A stretch of DNA of 63,978 nucleotides from Octopus sinensis (lineage: Eukaryota): contig NW_021832000.1 in assembly GCF_006345805.1 (NCBI RefSeq), positions 1 through 63,978 of the forward strand, in the 5' to 3' direction. Numbering within the stretch: the stretch's first letter is position 1; every line of letters starts with the position of its first letter. Made by a program: the position numbers and the translations under genes. Below the pieces are notes generated by a model. It saw nothing but the letters and a program-made list of their open reading frames with translations. It did no database searches and was not told the DNA's origin. Positions 26,990-63,978 of the stretch are shown here, piece by piece.

Positions 26990-27390
26990 TAATAAAAGTG
27001 ACAGGACCAGCAAGTTCAGGGAGGGAGTACATTGATTACATCGACCCCAGTGCACAACTGGTATTTTCCTATTGACCCTGAAGGAGTGAAAGGGCGAAGT
27101 CAACCTCGGCAGAATTTGAAATTAGAACCTAAAGACGGACGAAATGCAGTTAAGTGCATTAACGATTCTGCCAGGAGTCACCTCATCTATTATTTAATAA
27201 TATTAAAGCGGCGAACTAGCAGAATCGGTGGCGCGCCGAACAAAATGCCTAGTGGCGTTTCGTCCGTCTACACGTTCTGAGTTTAAAATTCCATTGAGGT
27301 TGTCTTTGCCTTTCATCCTTTCAGGCTTAATAAAATAAGTACCAGTTGTGTACTGGGGTCGATATACTCGACTCATTTCCTCCCCTGAAA
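26990..27390. mobile_element. Two SINE copies of one family in opposite orientation (~26990-27175 minus, ~27205-27390 plus)
   Basis: GACCCCAGT.CACAACTGGTA...GAAAGG.C.AAGTCAACCTC...GAATTTGAA on one side and its approximate reverse complement on the other; same family at 58345-58555. Confidence 0.75.
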
Positions 27391-27599
27391 ATTATCACAC
27401 AAGATCAATAAAAGGGCAGATATAAACCTATTTGGTAAAAAGGATCTTATTTTACATATAAAAATTTATATTTTAAATCATATTATTTTCATATTGAAAT
27501 GCTTATGGTATTAAAGTAAAACTCCTAATAACAATTTGAGATGTTATTGATTTACAATTCATTGATTAGATATTAACAGACAATTATCTAATTAGATCA

Positions 27600-28870
27600 T
27601 TATTATACGTTTTGTATTTTTGATTGTAAAAATAACTAGATATAAACGATGACAATCTCTTCTGGATGAGAGCAGATCCTCGGGGGCCAGCTTATAAAAC
27701 CTGGCTCTCCGTCCCAGGTGCTCAAACCAATCAGATAATGTTCTGTTAGGGCACCCGACAAGCATTGCAACAGATCGAGGAACGCCATGACCGAAGTCAT
27801 GCGTTGATTGGTGCATGAAATTAATAAATCTTGGTTTTCATCTGAGAGTTCAATGATACAACCAATGTACCAATCATTTTCATTCGTGTATCCAACATAT
27901 TCGCAGGACTTTAACTTTGAAATATCTTGCTCAGATGCTGGCCTCTCCTCACCTAAAAGAGTGAAATTGTCATCAGCTGATATCTTTTTCGTTAGAAGAT
28001 CAGATCTTGAAGAAGGAACGAAGCGGTGATGGGATCGTGTGCCAATTAATTTCACTGAGCTGCTGAATCGTGAAAGCAAGTCGAAGCTGTTTTCATGTCG
28101 GATGACATCGGCTGCCGACATGTCAAAGAACATTATCTCTGGAATGCTTGCACATGCTCAGCCATACATCTTGCAACCTGTGAGAAAATGTCTTTCCTGG
28201 TTGCTTGTAGACTTGCTTTTTCAGCAACACATTTCATCATACCACTGATTCCCTCATATGAACTTTTTCCACATGACATGGCAAAGAAATACGACTCCGC
28301 TTCAAGTCCTTGATCATTCTGATGATGACAGAGATTTGTTTGGTGTCTCTAGTTCTTGTATTGGTCGGCTGCACCGTCACTGAAGTACAGGAGATGGTTT
28401 ATGAATGGAAGTTCTGTCTTTATATGCGATATCACCCTCGTAATAAAAGCATGCACTGTGGTATTGTCACGTTTCAAACAATCAGATATGACACAGATTG
28501 AAGTGCATTGTGGGTTTGAACCAGTCTTATAACAGATCACGAATGGATGAATATATTGGCCTGGGAGTTGTTCCGATGAAACCCTTGCTCCGAATCCTTC
28601 ACTACAAAACTATAATTTTCTGCCAAGTCTGACAATACTGTTGCTTGATTTGATCTCAGATCATCTTTCTGATGAATAAGGAGACTAGTTTGAGCCTTTG
28701 CTATGAAATGGGGTTGATGCAGAGTATCAAACACACTTTCAGCGGTTTGAAGGAAATCATTCACTGGGGAAGTTAGGCACATCAGGGCTGCCCAGTCCAC
28801 ATAAATCCTCGTTACTAAATCCTCTGAGTCAAAATCACGTGATTAAAATATGTCCAACACTTCAGTCCAC
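27600..28870 (-). mobile_element. Degenerate DNA transposase, Sola2-like
   Basis: HFIAKAQ..., DLAENYSFVVKDSEQGFH, YFSDGAADQYKN and FFAMSCGKSSYEGISG match the DFxENY / SDG..xQYKN / HGK..DG.GG pattern I associate with Sola2; frameshifted. Confidence 0.6.
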
Positions 28871-28905
28871 ACAGCTGGCGAAAATAAGTAATTTTACAGC
28901 GGACT

Positions 28906-29266
28906 AAATCAAAATCAAAATCGATCAACATCAATGGAAATTGTAGCTTTGATACCAGTGCCGGTGGTACGTAAAAGAACCATCCGAACGTGGCCGTTGC
29001 CAGCGCCGCCCCGACTAGCCTCCGCGCCGCTGGCACGTAAAAAGCACCATCCAATCGTGACCGTTGCCAGCCTCGTCTGGCACCTGTACTGGTGGCACGT
29101 AAAAAGCACCCACTACATTCACGGAGTGGTTGGCGTTAGGAAGGGCATCCAGCCGTAGAAACACTGCCAGATCAGACTTGGCCTGGTGCAGCCTTCTGGC
29201 TTCCCAGTCCCCAGCTGAACCGTCCAACCCATGCTAGCATGGAAAGCAGACGTTAAATGATGATGA
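28906..29266 (+). mobile_element. 5'-truncated RTE 3'UTR copy
   Basis: Near match to 39570-39963: GGCACGTAAAAAGCACC repeats, CCGTCCAACCCATGCTAGCATGG, (GAT)n tail. Confidence 0.85.
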
Positions 29267-29380
29267 CTAGCGTCCTATTCATGGAAGAATATATAAGCCG
29301 GGGGAACCGGGAAACCAACCCTCTGCTTCTTATGGAGTAATGTGGTCTAACATAATTAGGTACAGTTATTTTCTACTCAC

Positions 29381-29431
29381 CAGGTGGTTCTGTCAACATC
29401 TGGACTTCCGGCTTTGACGACTTTGGACCCT
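29381..29431 (-). CDS. Candidate 51-nt phase 1-1 cassette exon EGPKSSKPEVQMLTEPP
   Basis: TTGTTTATTTCAG acceptor, GTGAGT donor, open in the phase left by the RING exon. Confidence 0.7.
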
Positions 29432-29891
29432 CTGAAATAAACAATTTCAGGTTTTAAACACTGTAGAAAAAATTTTTATCATTATAAATAATCGATATTT
29501 TATTATTGATAGACAATCCTATCATCATTAGTTAACTGGTGACCATCATGCTTTTGGAGAGCATTTGTATAATTTCTGCAGTATTACAATGTAATGATTC
29601 AAAATTTAGGTCCACAACAGCATAAACTACACTTAACAACCCTTCTCTGTCTCTTAAGGCATCCAACAATTCTAACAATTCTGAAATTATCTCATTTAAT
29701 TATCCCCTAATAACAACAGATTTTCTCTTAGTTTCGTTTTGGTTTTCTTGTGTTTGTTCCAGATCTATGACAAACATCGTCATTTCACCTCTAGACATCT
29801 CTAATCAACATTCGTTTCATCTTCTGCTTAATTCAATTGTCAACCAAGTTGCGTATCGAAGATCCAACCCCAAACACGAAACACCACTTCA

Positions 29892-29932
<41 letters not shown>

Positions 29933-30057
29933 CGTAAAAGGTGAAAAAACTACAGAAGGCTTAAATGTTAAAAAATATATATATTTGCGTCAATATGTCT
30001 GAAGAATATTTAAAAAATTTTTTAAAAATTTGTTTCTCTTATAATGACATAATTACG

Positions 30058-30096
30058 AGGAAAGACCGGTTTCGCATTTAGCTTTTCAAATTTCTG
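30058..30096 (-). ncRNA. Minimal type I hammerhead ribozyme motif, U3-A8 variant
   Basis: AGAAA-U-UUGAAAA-GC UAAAU GC-GAAA-CCGG-UC-UUUC. Confidence 0.6.
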
Positions 30097-31033
30097 GCGA
30101 CGTTATGTTTATGATGCATAGAGTTGTTCAGGAGAGTTCTAAATAGGGGGAGGTAGTGAGTGATTTCTTCCGGTCTAAGGGAGATAATCGCTTAAAAAAT
30201 TTTTCTTTCTTTCCCTTGGTGTGAATTTCTCAGTATGTTCGGATGGTTGAGTTTTGGCTCAACCATCAACACACCCTCCCCGAAAATACTACCTTACATA
30301 TCTACATACAACCCCAGAAACAAAGAAGCCTTCACCATCATCACCCAGAATTTACCAATACTTCATAAAGACCCCAAATTAAAGGAAATTCTAAACATTC
30401 ACCAAATCATTAAAAGCTACAAACAACCTAAATCACTTAAAAAGATTCTCACAAAGGCAAAATTGTCTTCTGAAATTACGGATGCAAAAGTAAAAAAATG
30501 TGGCAGATCGAACTGTGCAACATGTACAAACCTGCTAGAAGGATCAGAATTCCTCTTTAAAGAGGGACAGAAATTCAAGATCAAATCTAACTTTACTTGT
30601 GCCTCTGAAAACATAATTTATGTCATAAAATGCTCGGGCTGCCATCAAGACTACGTGGGGTCCACGGGACTATCACTCAGACGTAGATGCACACTGCATC
30701 GACAACAGATTGCATTCCCAGAGTACTGAATGATACCTTTTAGTGAGCACATTGAGAAATGCGCAAAGCAACGACTGCCACAATTTTTAATCTTTCCATT
30801 TTACCAATGTGCTATCGGATCATCAACACAAATTAGATTAAACAAAGAAACATTCTTCATTGAAAAGTACAAGCCCAAACTCAACCATCCGAACATACTG
30901 AGAAATTCACACCAAGGGAAAGAAAGAAAAAATTTTAAGCGATTATCTCCCTTACACCGGAAGAAATCAGTCACTACCTCCCCCTATTTAGAACTCTCCT
31001 GAACAACTCTATGCATCATAAACATAACGTCGC

Positions 31034-31072
31034 AAGAAATTTGAAAAGCTAAATGCGAAACCGTTCTTTCTT
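31034..31072 (+). ncRNA. Hammerhead motif copy with a stem III substitution
   Basis: Same motif, but GAAACCGTTC instead of GAAACCGGTC. Confidence 0.45.
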
Positions 31073-31241
31073 CGTAATTATGTCATTATAAGAGAAAAAA
31101 TTTTTTTTTTTATTTTTTAAATATTCTTCAGACATATTGACGCAAATATATATTTTTTAACATTTAAGCCTTCTGTAGTTTTTTCACCTTTTACGATTTT
31201 ATATATATTCACCCACGTGCTTTCACAAACCAACTTTCTTA

Positions 31242-31296
<55 letters not shown>

Positions 31297-31844
31297 GCTC
31301 TCTTTGTTATTGGTTACTACTAGTAATCTTTAATCTTAATTACCCACATCACAGTTCTCCAGAAAGTAATCAGATGTGGGGAAATATCTGAAGATATTTC
31401 AATGTCATTCATCCTCCTGAATAAAGCAGGTCGAACAGAAAGTGACATCAGGTCTAACATGAAGTGATATCTCGTGTCCTAAATTAGCACACTACATTCA
31501 CACAAAACCTCATTAACGACATAAAACTTATCGTCCACACATTATTGCTGTGAAAATATTTGAAACGGTTCAGAAGAACTGATACACGGGAATACTAATC
31601 TATACATCAATCAAAGTTTCCCACCCTTTTGATGTCCCCTCTCTTATGTTGTTCCCTAAACCCTCAGTTGAGATTTTCTTATTGAGTCTCCTATTTTATA
31701 AAGGCTCACTCTGATATTCATATAAATGCAGTTGTTTTTAATTATCAGCTTCCGAAGATATTGATAAATCATTAATCACTCTAATCACACACAAGATGTC
31801 GGTATTTACTGATAGAACCTTGGTGATTTATTGGTATTTAGTCA

Positions 31845-32012
31845 ACATTTATAATTCAGTATTCTTTATTATTCTTACGTTGCAGAAAGCAACCATCTTG
31901 AAGTGTGACAAGTCTTCTAATTGGACAAGAACAATGTTTTGTGGGAGTAGTGAGAGACATAATATGACAGAGAAAAGACACATGGAACATCTTTTATTAA
32001 AAGTGTGCTTGA

Positions 32013-32029
<17 letters not shown>
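31845..32029 (-). CDS. Proximal candidate last exon (DPVLR-stop at 32013-32015) plus 3'UTR
   Basis: 78-nt intron ending TTGTTGTGTAG; AATAAA on the minus strand at 31993-31998 and 31865-31870; 3' boundary approximate. Confidence 0.5.
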
Positions 32030-58800
<26,771 letters not shown>

Positions 58801-58954
58801 GGCTTCTGAATAAAAGATGACAAAAAAAGATTAAAACAGTTTTTAAAAACTTATAAAGTGAGGTAAACAACAATACACAGAAATTGATGATTCTAAAACC
58901 TTGCATAAGATAACATTGATATTGTAAACTTCAGTTTATCTAAATTATTATTCA

Positions 58955-59323
58955 TAGGCGCAGGAGTGGCTGTGTGGTAAGTAGCTTGCTAACCAACCAC
59001 ACGGTTGCGGGTTCAGTCCCACTGCGTGGCATCTTGGGCAAGTGTCTTCTGCTATAGCCCCGGGCCGACCAATGCCTTGTGAGTGGATTTGATAGACGGA
59101 AACTGAAAGAAGCCTGTCGTATATATGTATATAATGTATATGTGTGTGTGTTTGTGTGGCTGGTGTTGTCCCCCTAGCATTGCTTGACAACCGATGCTGG
59201 TGGTGTTTAGGTCCCCGTCCTTAGCGGTTCGGCAAAAAGAGACCATAGAATAAGTACTAAAAGGTGGTGCTCCAGCATGGCCGCAGTCAAAATGACTGAA
59301 ACAAGTAAAAGAGTAAAAGAGAG
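58955..59323 (+). mobile_element. tRNA-derived SINE
   Basis: Same family as 34691-35086. Confidence 0.9.
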
Positions 59324-60090
59324 CTGAATGTTCTTCTTCACACTAATAAACCTAACAACAGTCATTGTGTTGTGTCTCTAGGTTAGATTACAGATTGACT
59401 GGTTACAATTAAACCCTCAATATTGGAATGTACAGTCTGTTGATCAGCTACGTAGAGGCAGCGTACATGTTGAGCTATAAATCTGTGGATCATACCCCAG
59501 CTACGGTGGAGGGCACATTATATCAAAGACAAACTGATTCTCCAAAGAAAGGTAAATTTACGAAAAATAGTAAAAGAAGCAATGAAACAGAGATTGTTCA
59601 ATAAAACCTCCTGTATTGATCTTTGTCGAAACACTAGCAAAGTAGATGAGATCAAATCAGACACTATCAACAAGTGCTTACTTTATAGATTTTTGCAAAA
59701 TTCTTTATGACTATTTCATAATTATTTAATAAATTTCCATTATATATATATATATATATATATACATATCTCATTGCCTTCATCACTTAACGTCCACTTT
59801 TCATCCATTCATGAGTAAGATGGATGACAGGAGCCGGCCAGGTAGAAAAACTACCTGTCTATTTAGGAAAGGGATTTTACAGCTGGATGCCCTTCCAAAC
59901 GCCAACCACCAGTTTTGTCCCACTGTATGACACCTTGGGCGAGTACCTTCTTCTAAGTCCCATGGCTGATGAAGGATTCTAAGTGGATTAAATAGAGATA
60001 ATCTGAGAGAAGCCCATCGTACACCGCTGGACAAAATCTGAGGACCAGTGAAAAATCTGCCAAAATGAAGTGTTTGTGTGAGTGTACGTA

Positions 60091-60144
<54 letters not shown>

Positions 60145-61269
60145 TACACCTGCTTGAGTGTGTGTATATTTCCATTTGATTTTACTGGAAATCGCTCAGC
60201 TATGAACGGTTATCATTTTCCCTGTTAATAAACAAGCCATTAGAATAAGTGATCCCTTGAACAACAGGTAAGGGTTAATAACATGAAGGAGATACAGATC
60301 CAAAAAGAATGGATTGATAATATACTCATACAACCAATGGTAATATGGAGAAAAGGTGTAAAATTATTGCTTTATATGAATATAAGTACATATATAAGTC
60401 TATGTATGTGTATACTCGTGTGCATGTGTGAGTAGCTGTATGGCATAGTGATTCGGATGTTACCCTCACAAGAGCTAGATCGTGGGTTTGATTCTTGCAA
60501 TGCCCTTCCTTTCCCAAGAGAAGAAACGACAAAGGCTGGAGTCTCAAGCCATTAGAAAAGCCAGCTTAACAGAATATACGTTAACAGAACAACTTCAAAG
60601 TAACGCAGATAAAAAACGCCTGCTCCAGAGAACAGGAAACATCAAAGTAACGACAAGTCAGGTTGGAATTTAGAACTTTATCTTTTGGAGAGGAGCGACT
60701 AGTAACCTTTAACTAAGATCTTAATACATAAGCATTACGATAGATGTTTTATGAATACATTTGTGTAGAGTACACACTGGGTCAAAGATCGGGTGAGCGC
60801 TTGTATATATTATAAATACACAAATTTGGTAATTTGTTTAGTCTACTTCTTTTTCTCAAGAGCTTCATGCATCAGTGAACAGTCAACAGCGTTGGAGACC
60901 ATGGAGATTAAATTTCTGAATATTTGAAAAGAGTTTCCTGTATCATTGTAAATTTTGGTGGATATCAAAATGCCGACATCATGACTGATGCTCAATGCTC
61001 TGTGAATACTGTAAAGGCTGTGAGATGTGACACACGCATGAGACTGCGAATCTGTAGCTACTGGGAAGGGACATAGTAGGAGTTCTGAGTGTGTCTGCAC
61101 CACACCACAATTCATTGCCACATCATTGAGCAGGCAGTGAGTTACGCTCTAGACAGACAGCTTTGTGAAACTGCTGTAGACTGGGATCAAATTCTGGCTG
61201 GAGAGGATTGCCATTGGAAGGTCATATGTGTGGCAGCAAGATTCATCTCTTCGTCATACCGCTGGAAAG

Positions 61270-61660
61270 TACCAGACGTGATTGTTGGAGATTTTATACG
61301 ACTGCCCCAGCCCGAATTTCTGGTCTTCTAATTCCCCTGATTGTAATACCCTGGATTACTATGTGAGGGGCGCAATTGAGAAAGATACCAACCACTCTTC
61401 CTGCAGCGCTAAGTCCAAGCTGATGACCAAGATCAAAGAGGGGTTCGAAAATCTTCCCAAGGACACAGTGAGGAACGCATATGCCAGGCTTTGAAGATGT
61501 GTTGAGGCTGTGGTGGAAGTGAAAGGCAGATAATTTCAGTAAACCTTTATCTCTCAGCCAAAACCTAGTTTTGACAGGTTTTGAATTTTTAAAACGCCTA
61601 TTTTTGGATGTGATATGGAGTTTTATTTTCCTTTTGTGAAAACTGTCAGATGTATACATA
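61270..61660 (+). mobile_element. Tc1/mariner-superfamily transposase C-terminal fossil (D-type third catalytic motif)
   Basis: FWSSNSPDCNTLDYYVRG (compare WPPNSPDLNPLDYYVW). Confidence 0.75.
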
Positions 61661-61769
61661 CACTCATTGCATATGTATACATATCTATATACATATATTT
61701 AAATGTATATGTATACACAAATACGCATACATGTATGTGTATGCCTATCCATTTAGATATTTATTCACA

Positions 61770-61880
61770 TTTGTTGCAGCTTTGCAATATTGTATGCTAA
61801 AAGTATTCCACAAGGGACATCCAGGAATCGCAAGAATGAAAGCACTGATGAGAAGCTAAGTTTACTGGTTGAATATTTGA
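61770..61880 (+). mobile_element. Gypsy-type integrase zinc-binding fragment
   Basis: LKVFHKGHPGIARMKALMRS*VYW. Confidence 0.7.
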
Positions 61881-61983
61881 ACTCAGAACATAAACATTTC
61901 CTCCGGCCTGCTAAGCTTTCTGTCAGCCGGATAAGGAGTTTTATTTTACTTTTGTGAAAACTGTCAAATGCATTCTTGTGTTC

Positions 61984-62217
61984 TTTTTACTTGCTTCAGT
62001 CATTTGACTGCGGCCATGCAGGAGCACCACTATTAGGCGAGCAAATCGACCCCACGATATATTCTTTGTAAACCTATTACTTATTCTTAGTCTCTTTCCC
62101 GAACCACTAAATTAGAGGGATGTAAACACACCAGCATCGGTTGTCAAGCGATGTTGGCGGGGGGATAAACACAGATACACAAACACAAACGCACACATAC
62201 ACACATACACACACACG

Positions 62218-62302
<85 letters not shown>

Positions 62303-62685
62303 TATATCATCCAGCGGAAACCACAGTTGCTCAAGGTAAAAAGGAATTCCTCTCTCTTTCAGGAACATCAGTTTTTTGTATTGACTACATATCGCCGCTT
62401 TGATCTGTTTTTTGTATTGGATGCAGGTCGCCACCGTGAACCGCTGCATCATGCACTTTAAACATATAGCATGAACGAACTCACTTCAAACTATATATAT
62501 GAACTTTATAATGTCTGACTCCGTTGTGTATTATAAATGAATTTCTTGTGATTGATAGCATGAACTATCTTTTTTTATATATAACTTTTTTTGATAAGGT
62601 TCATTTCAGGAACTGAAACATGTTATAATGTATATATAAAAATTAAAAATTGTATAATATAGCAGCATTTTCGAACTTCATTTTT

Positions 62686-62729
<44 letters not shown>

Positions 62730-62885
62730 ATATATATGACGGGCTTCTTTCAGTTTTCGCCTACCAAATCCAGTCACAATGCTTTGGTTGGCCCGAGACT
62801 ATAGTAGAAAACACTTGCCGAAGGTGCCACGTAGTGGGACTCAACCCAGATCCATTTGGTTGCTAAGCAAGCTTCTTATCACACA
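61984..62885 (-). mobile_element. tRNA-derived SINE split by microsatellite and ~380 bp of unrelated sequence
   Basis: 3' half at ~61984-62190, head at ~62738-62885. Confidence 0.75.
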
Positions 62886-62891
62886 CACGCA

Positions 62892-62924
<33 letters not shown>

Positions 62925-63309
62925 TGTGTATCCAAACTGGGTTTCTATTCATGTTTGTTGCTGCTCTAGTTGCGATCTCTCAACTATATAGAAGCCGTCA
63001 GTTTATCGAAATTTCCTTGGAAAATTGATTTGGGAAAAAAGTGTACAAATCTCGATGCCAACACATTGTTATTGTTTCTTAATGTACCCTGTCCTCTTTT
63101 ATTCTACAAAAACCTGCCACACACTGCTTGACGCTTACAGACCTGTATCCTATCCTTATATATTAGAGAGAGATACTGACACAAACACACACACATATAT
63201 ACACACACATATTACACACGTTCGTAGGCACAAGAGTAACTGTGGCAAGAAGTAATTATCTTCTGTTATAGCCGTGAGCTGACCAAAGCCTTATAAGTTG
63301 TGTATGGTC

Positions 63310-63978
63310 AGTGCATCTCCGACCGCGTCGATCAATTTGCTCAGTAGAGCAGTATTGTTCCTATACGCCAGGTTGGTAAAATGGTTACGTCTCGAAGGCA
63401 CCACCAGATACTTTCTTACAGACCTTGGCCATCAGACAATCGATGACACAGTTGAAAAGATCAGCGGTGACCTTGCAATCTTTTTGATCCCCTGTTAATG
63501 GAGAACCAGTCAGAATCCTTGCAATTCACCCGCACGCAGCACTCGGTACTGCTATACACCTGTTGGAACAGGGTGGTGATCTTGGGGGGCGCGTCGACAA
63601 GCTTGAGAACTTTCGATTACTGGTTGGGACACTCATATTTAAGTTGCAAGTGAATCTCGTCACCAAGAACCATCCCCGCCATGATTCCTCCTGTCTCCAT
63701 GATCCTAACATCGCGCCTCAATATTCGCGGGTTCTTTGATCAATCGCTTCATTACCCTGGCTGACAATGAGACTGTCAACTGAGAGATCTTCAAATTAAA
63801 TGTCAACCAGTCTGCACATTATTTCCTGGTAAACACAATACTTCTTCCGAAGGATCTTGAAGTAATCAATACCACCGGGAGGCCCGAATTGCGTGGCGAC
63901 ATGAATGAGTACAGCAGGATCGACCGAAATGCAGCAATGCCCATCTCAGATAAAAGAGGGAAATTCTGGGCAGAAGAA
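63310..63978 (-). mobile_element. Degenerate RTE-type RT remnant
   Basis: VYSSTECCVRVNCKDSDWFSINRG..., DLFNCVIDCLM, TNLAYRNNTALL (compare DLEYADDTALL). Confidence 0.65.

Larger units (their letters stand above)
29928..31245 (+). mobile_element. 5'-truncated Penelope-like element with GIY-YIG endonuclease and inverted pLTRs, embedded in (TA)n
   Basis: ORF CGRSNCATC...FTCASENIIYVIKCSGCHQDYVGST...RCTLH (one in-frame TGA at 30727); 29928-30254 is the near reverse complement of 30877-31202; ~40-nt 3' tail; (TA)n on both sides. Confidence 0.92.

Noticed and set aside
53-29431. CRISPR-like reading of conserved flanks around variable short segments
   Set aside because: Eukaryotic context, kb-scale spacing, no cas genes; the conserved flanks are splice signals and intron sequence.
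29999-30065. CTGAAGA...GAAA on the plus strand as a canonical hammerhead core
   Set aside because: No convincing stems; the opposite-strand UUGAAAA motif fits far better.

Overview
AT-rich, repeat-dense eukaryotic DNA, most likely octopus (inferred from the tRNA-derived SINE families, RTE LINEs and (TA)n/(CA)n load). The ORF track is mostly noise. The real gene is on the minus strand and can be built by hand from GT-AG exons whose phases all fit: 58723-58800, 49669-49826, 48499-48544, 46062-46216, 45045-45081, 41325-41534, 35788-35963, 32108-32250 and a short last exon at 32013-32029. It encodes about 339 aa with about 7 ankyrin repeats and one C3HC4 RING, resembling the C-terminal half of Mind bomb. 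Downstream of the RING exon (positions ~29.4 kb to 1) is a ~30 kb duplicated array of at least 13 paralogous micro-exons. Seven are intact phase-1/phase-1 cassettes (51 or 87 nt), three are 26-nt frame-shifting versions and three have lost a splice site. Copies of the last exon and 3'UTR are interspersed. One exon pair has diverged much faster than its flanking introns. This looks like a variable C-terminal cassette system on an E3 ligase and is the main candidate for something undescribed. Also present: a Penelope-like element with inverted terminal repeats and a U3-A8 variant hammerhead ribozyme motif, a hairpin derivative of it, a near full-length RTE LINE with an internal PHD-like finger, HERO/NeSL-like, Sola2-like, Tc1/mariner and Gypsy fossils, many SINEs, and a 5.3 kb polypyrimidine satellite. 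All calls were made by eye. Exon use is unproven without RNA data.
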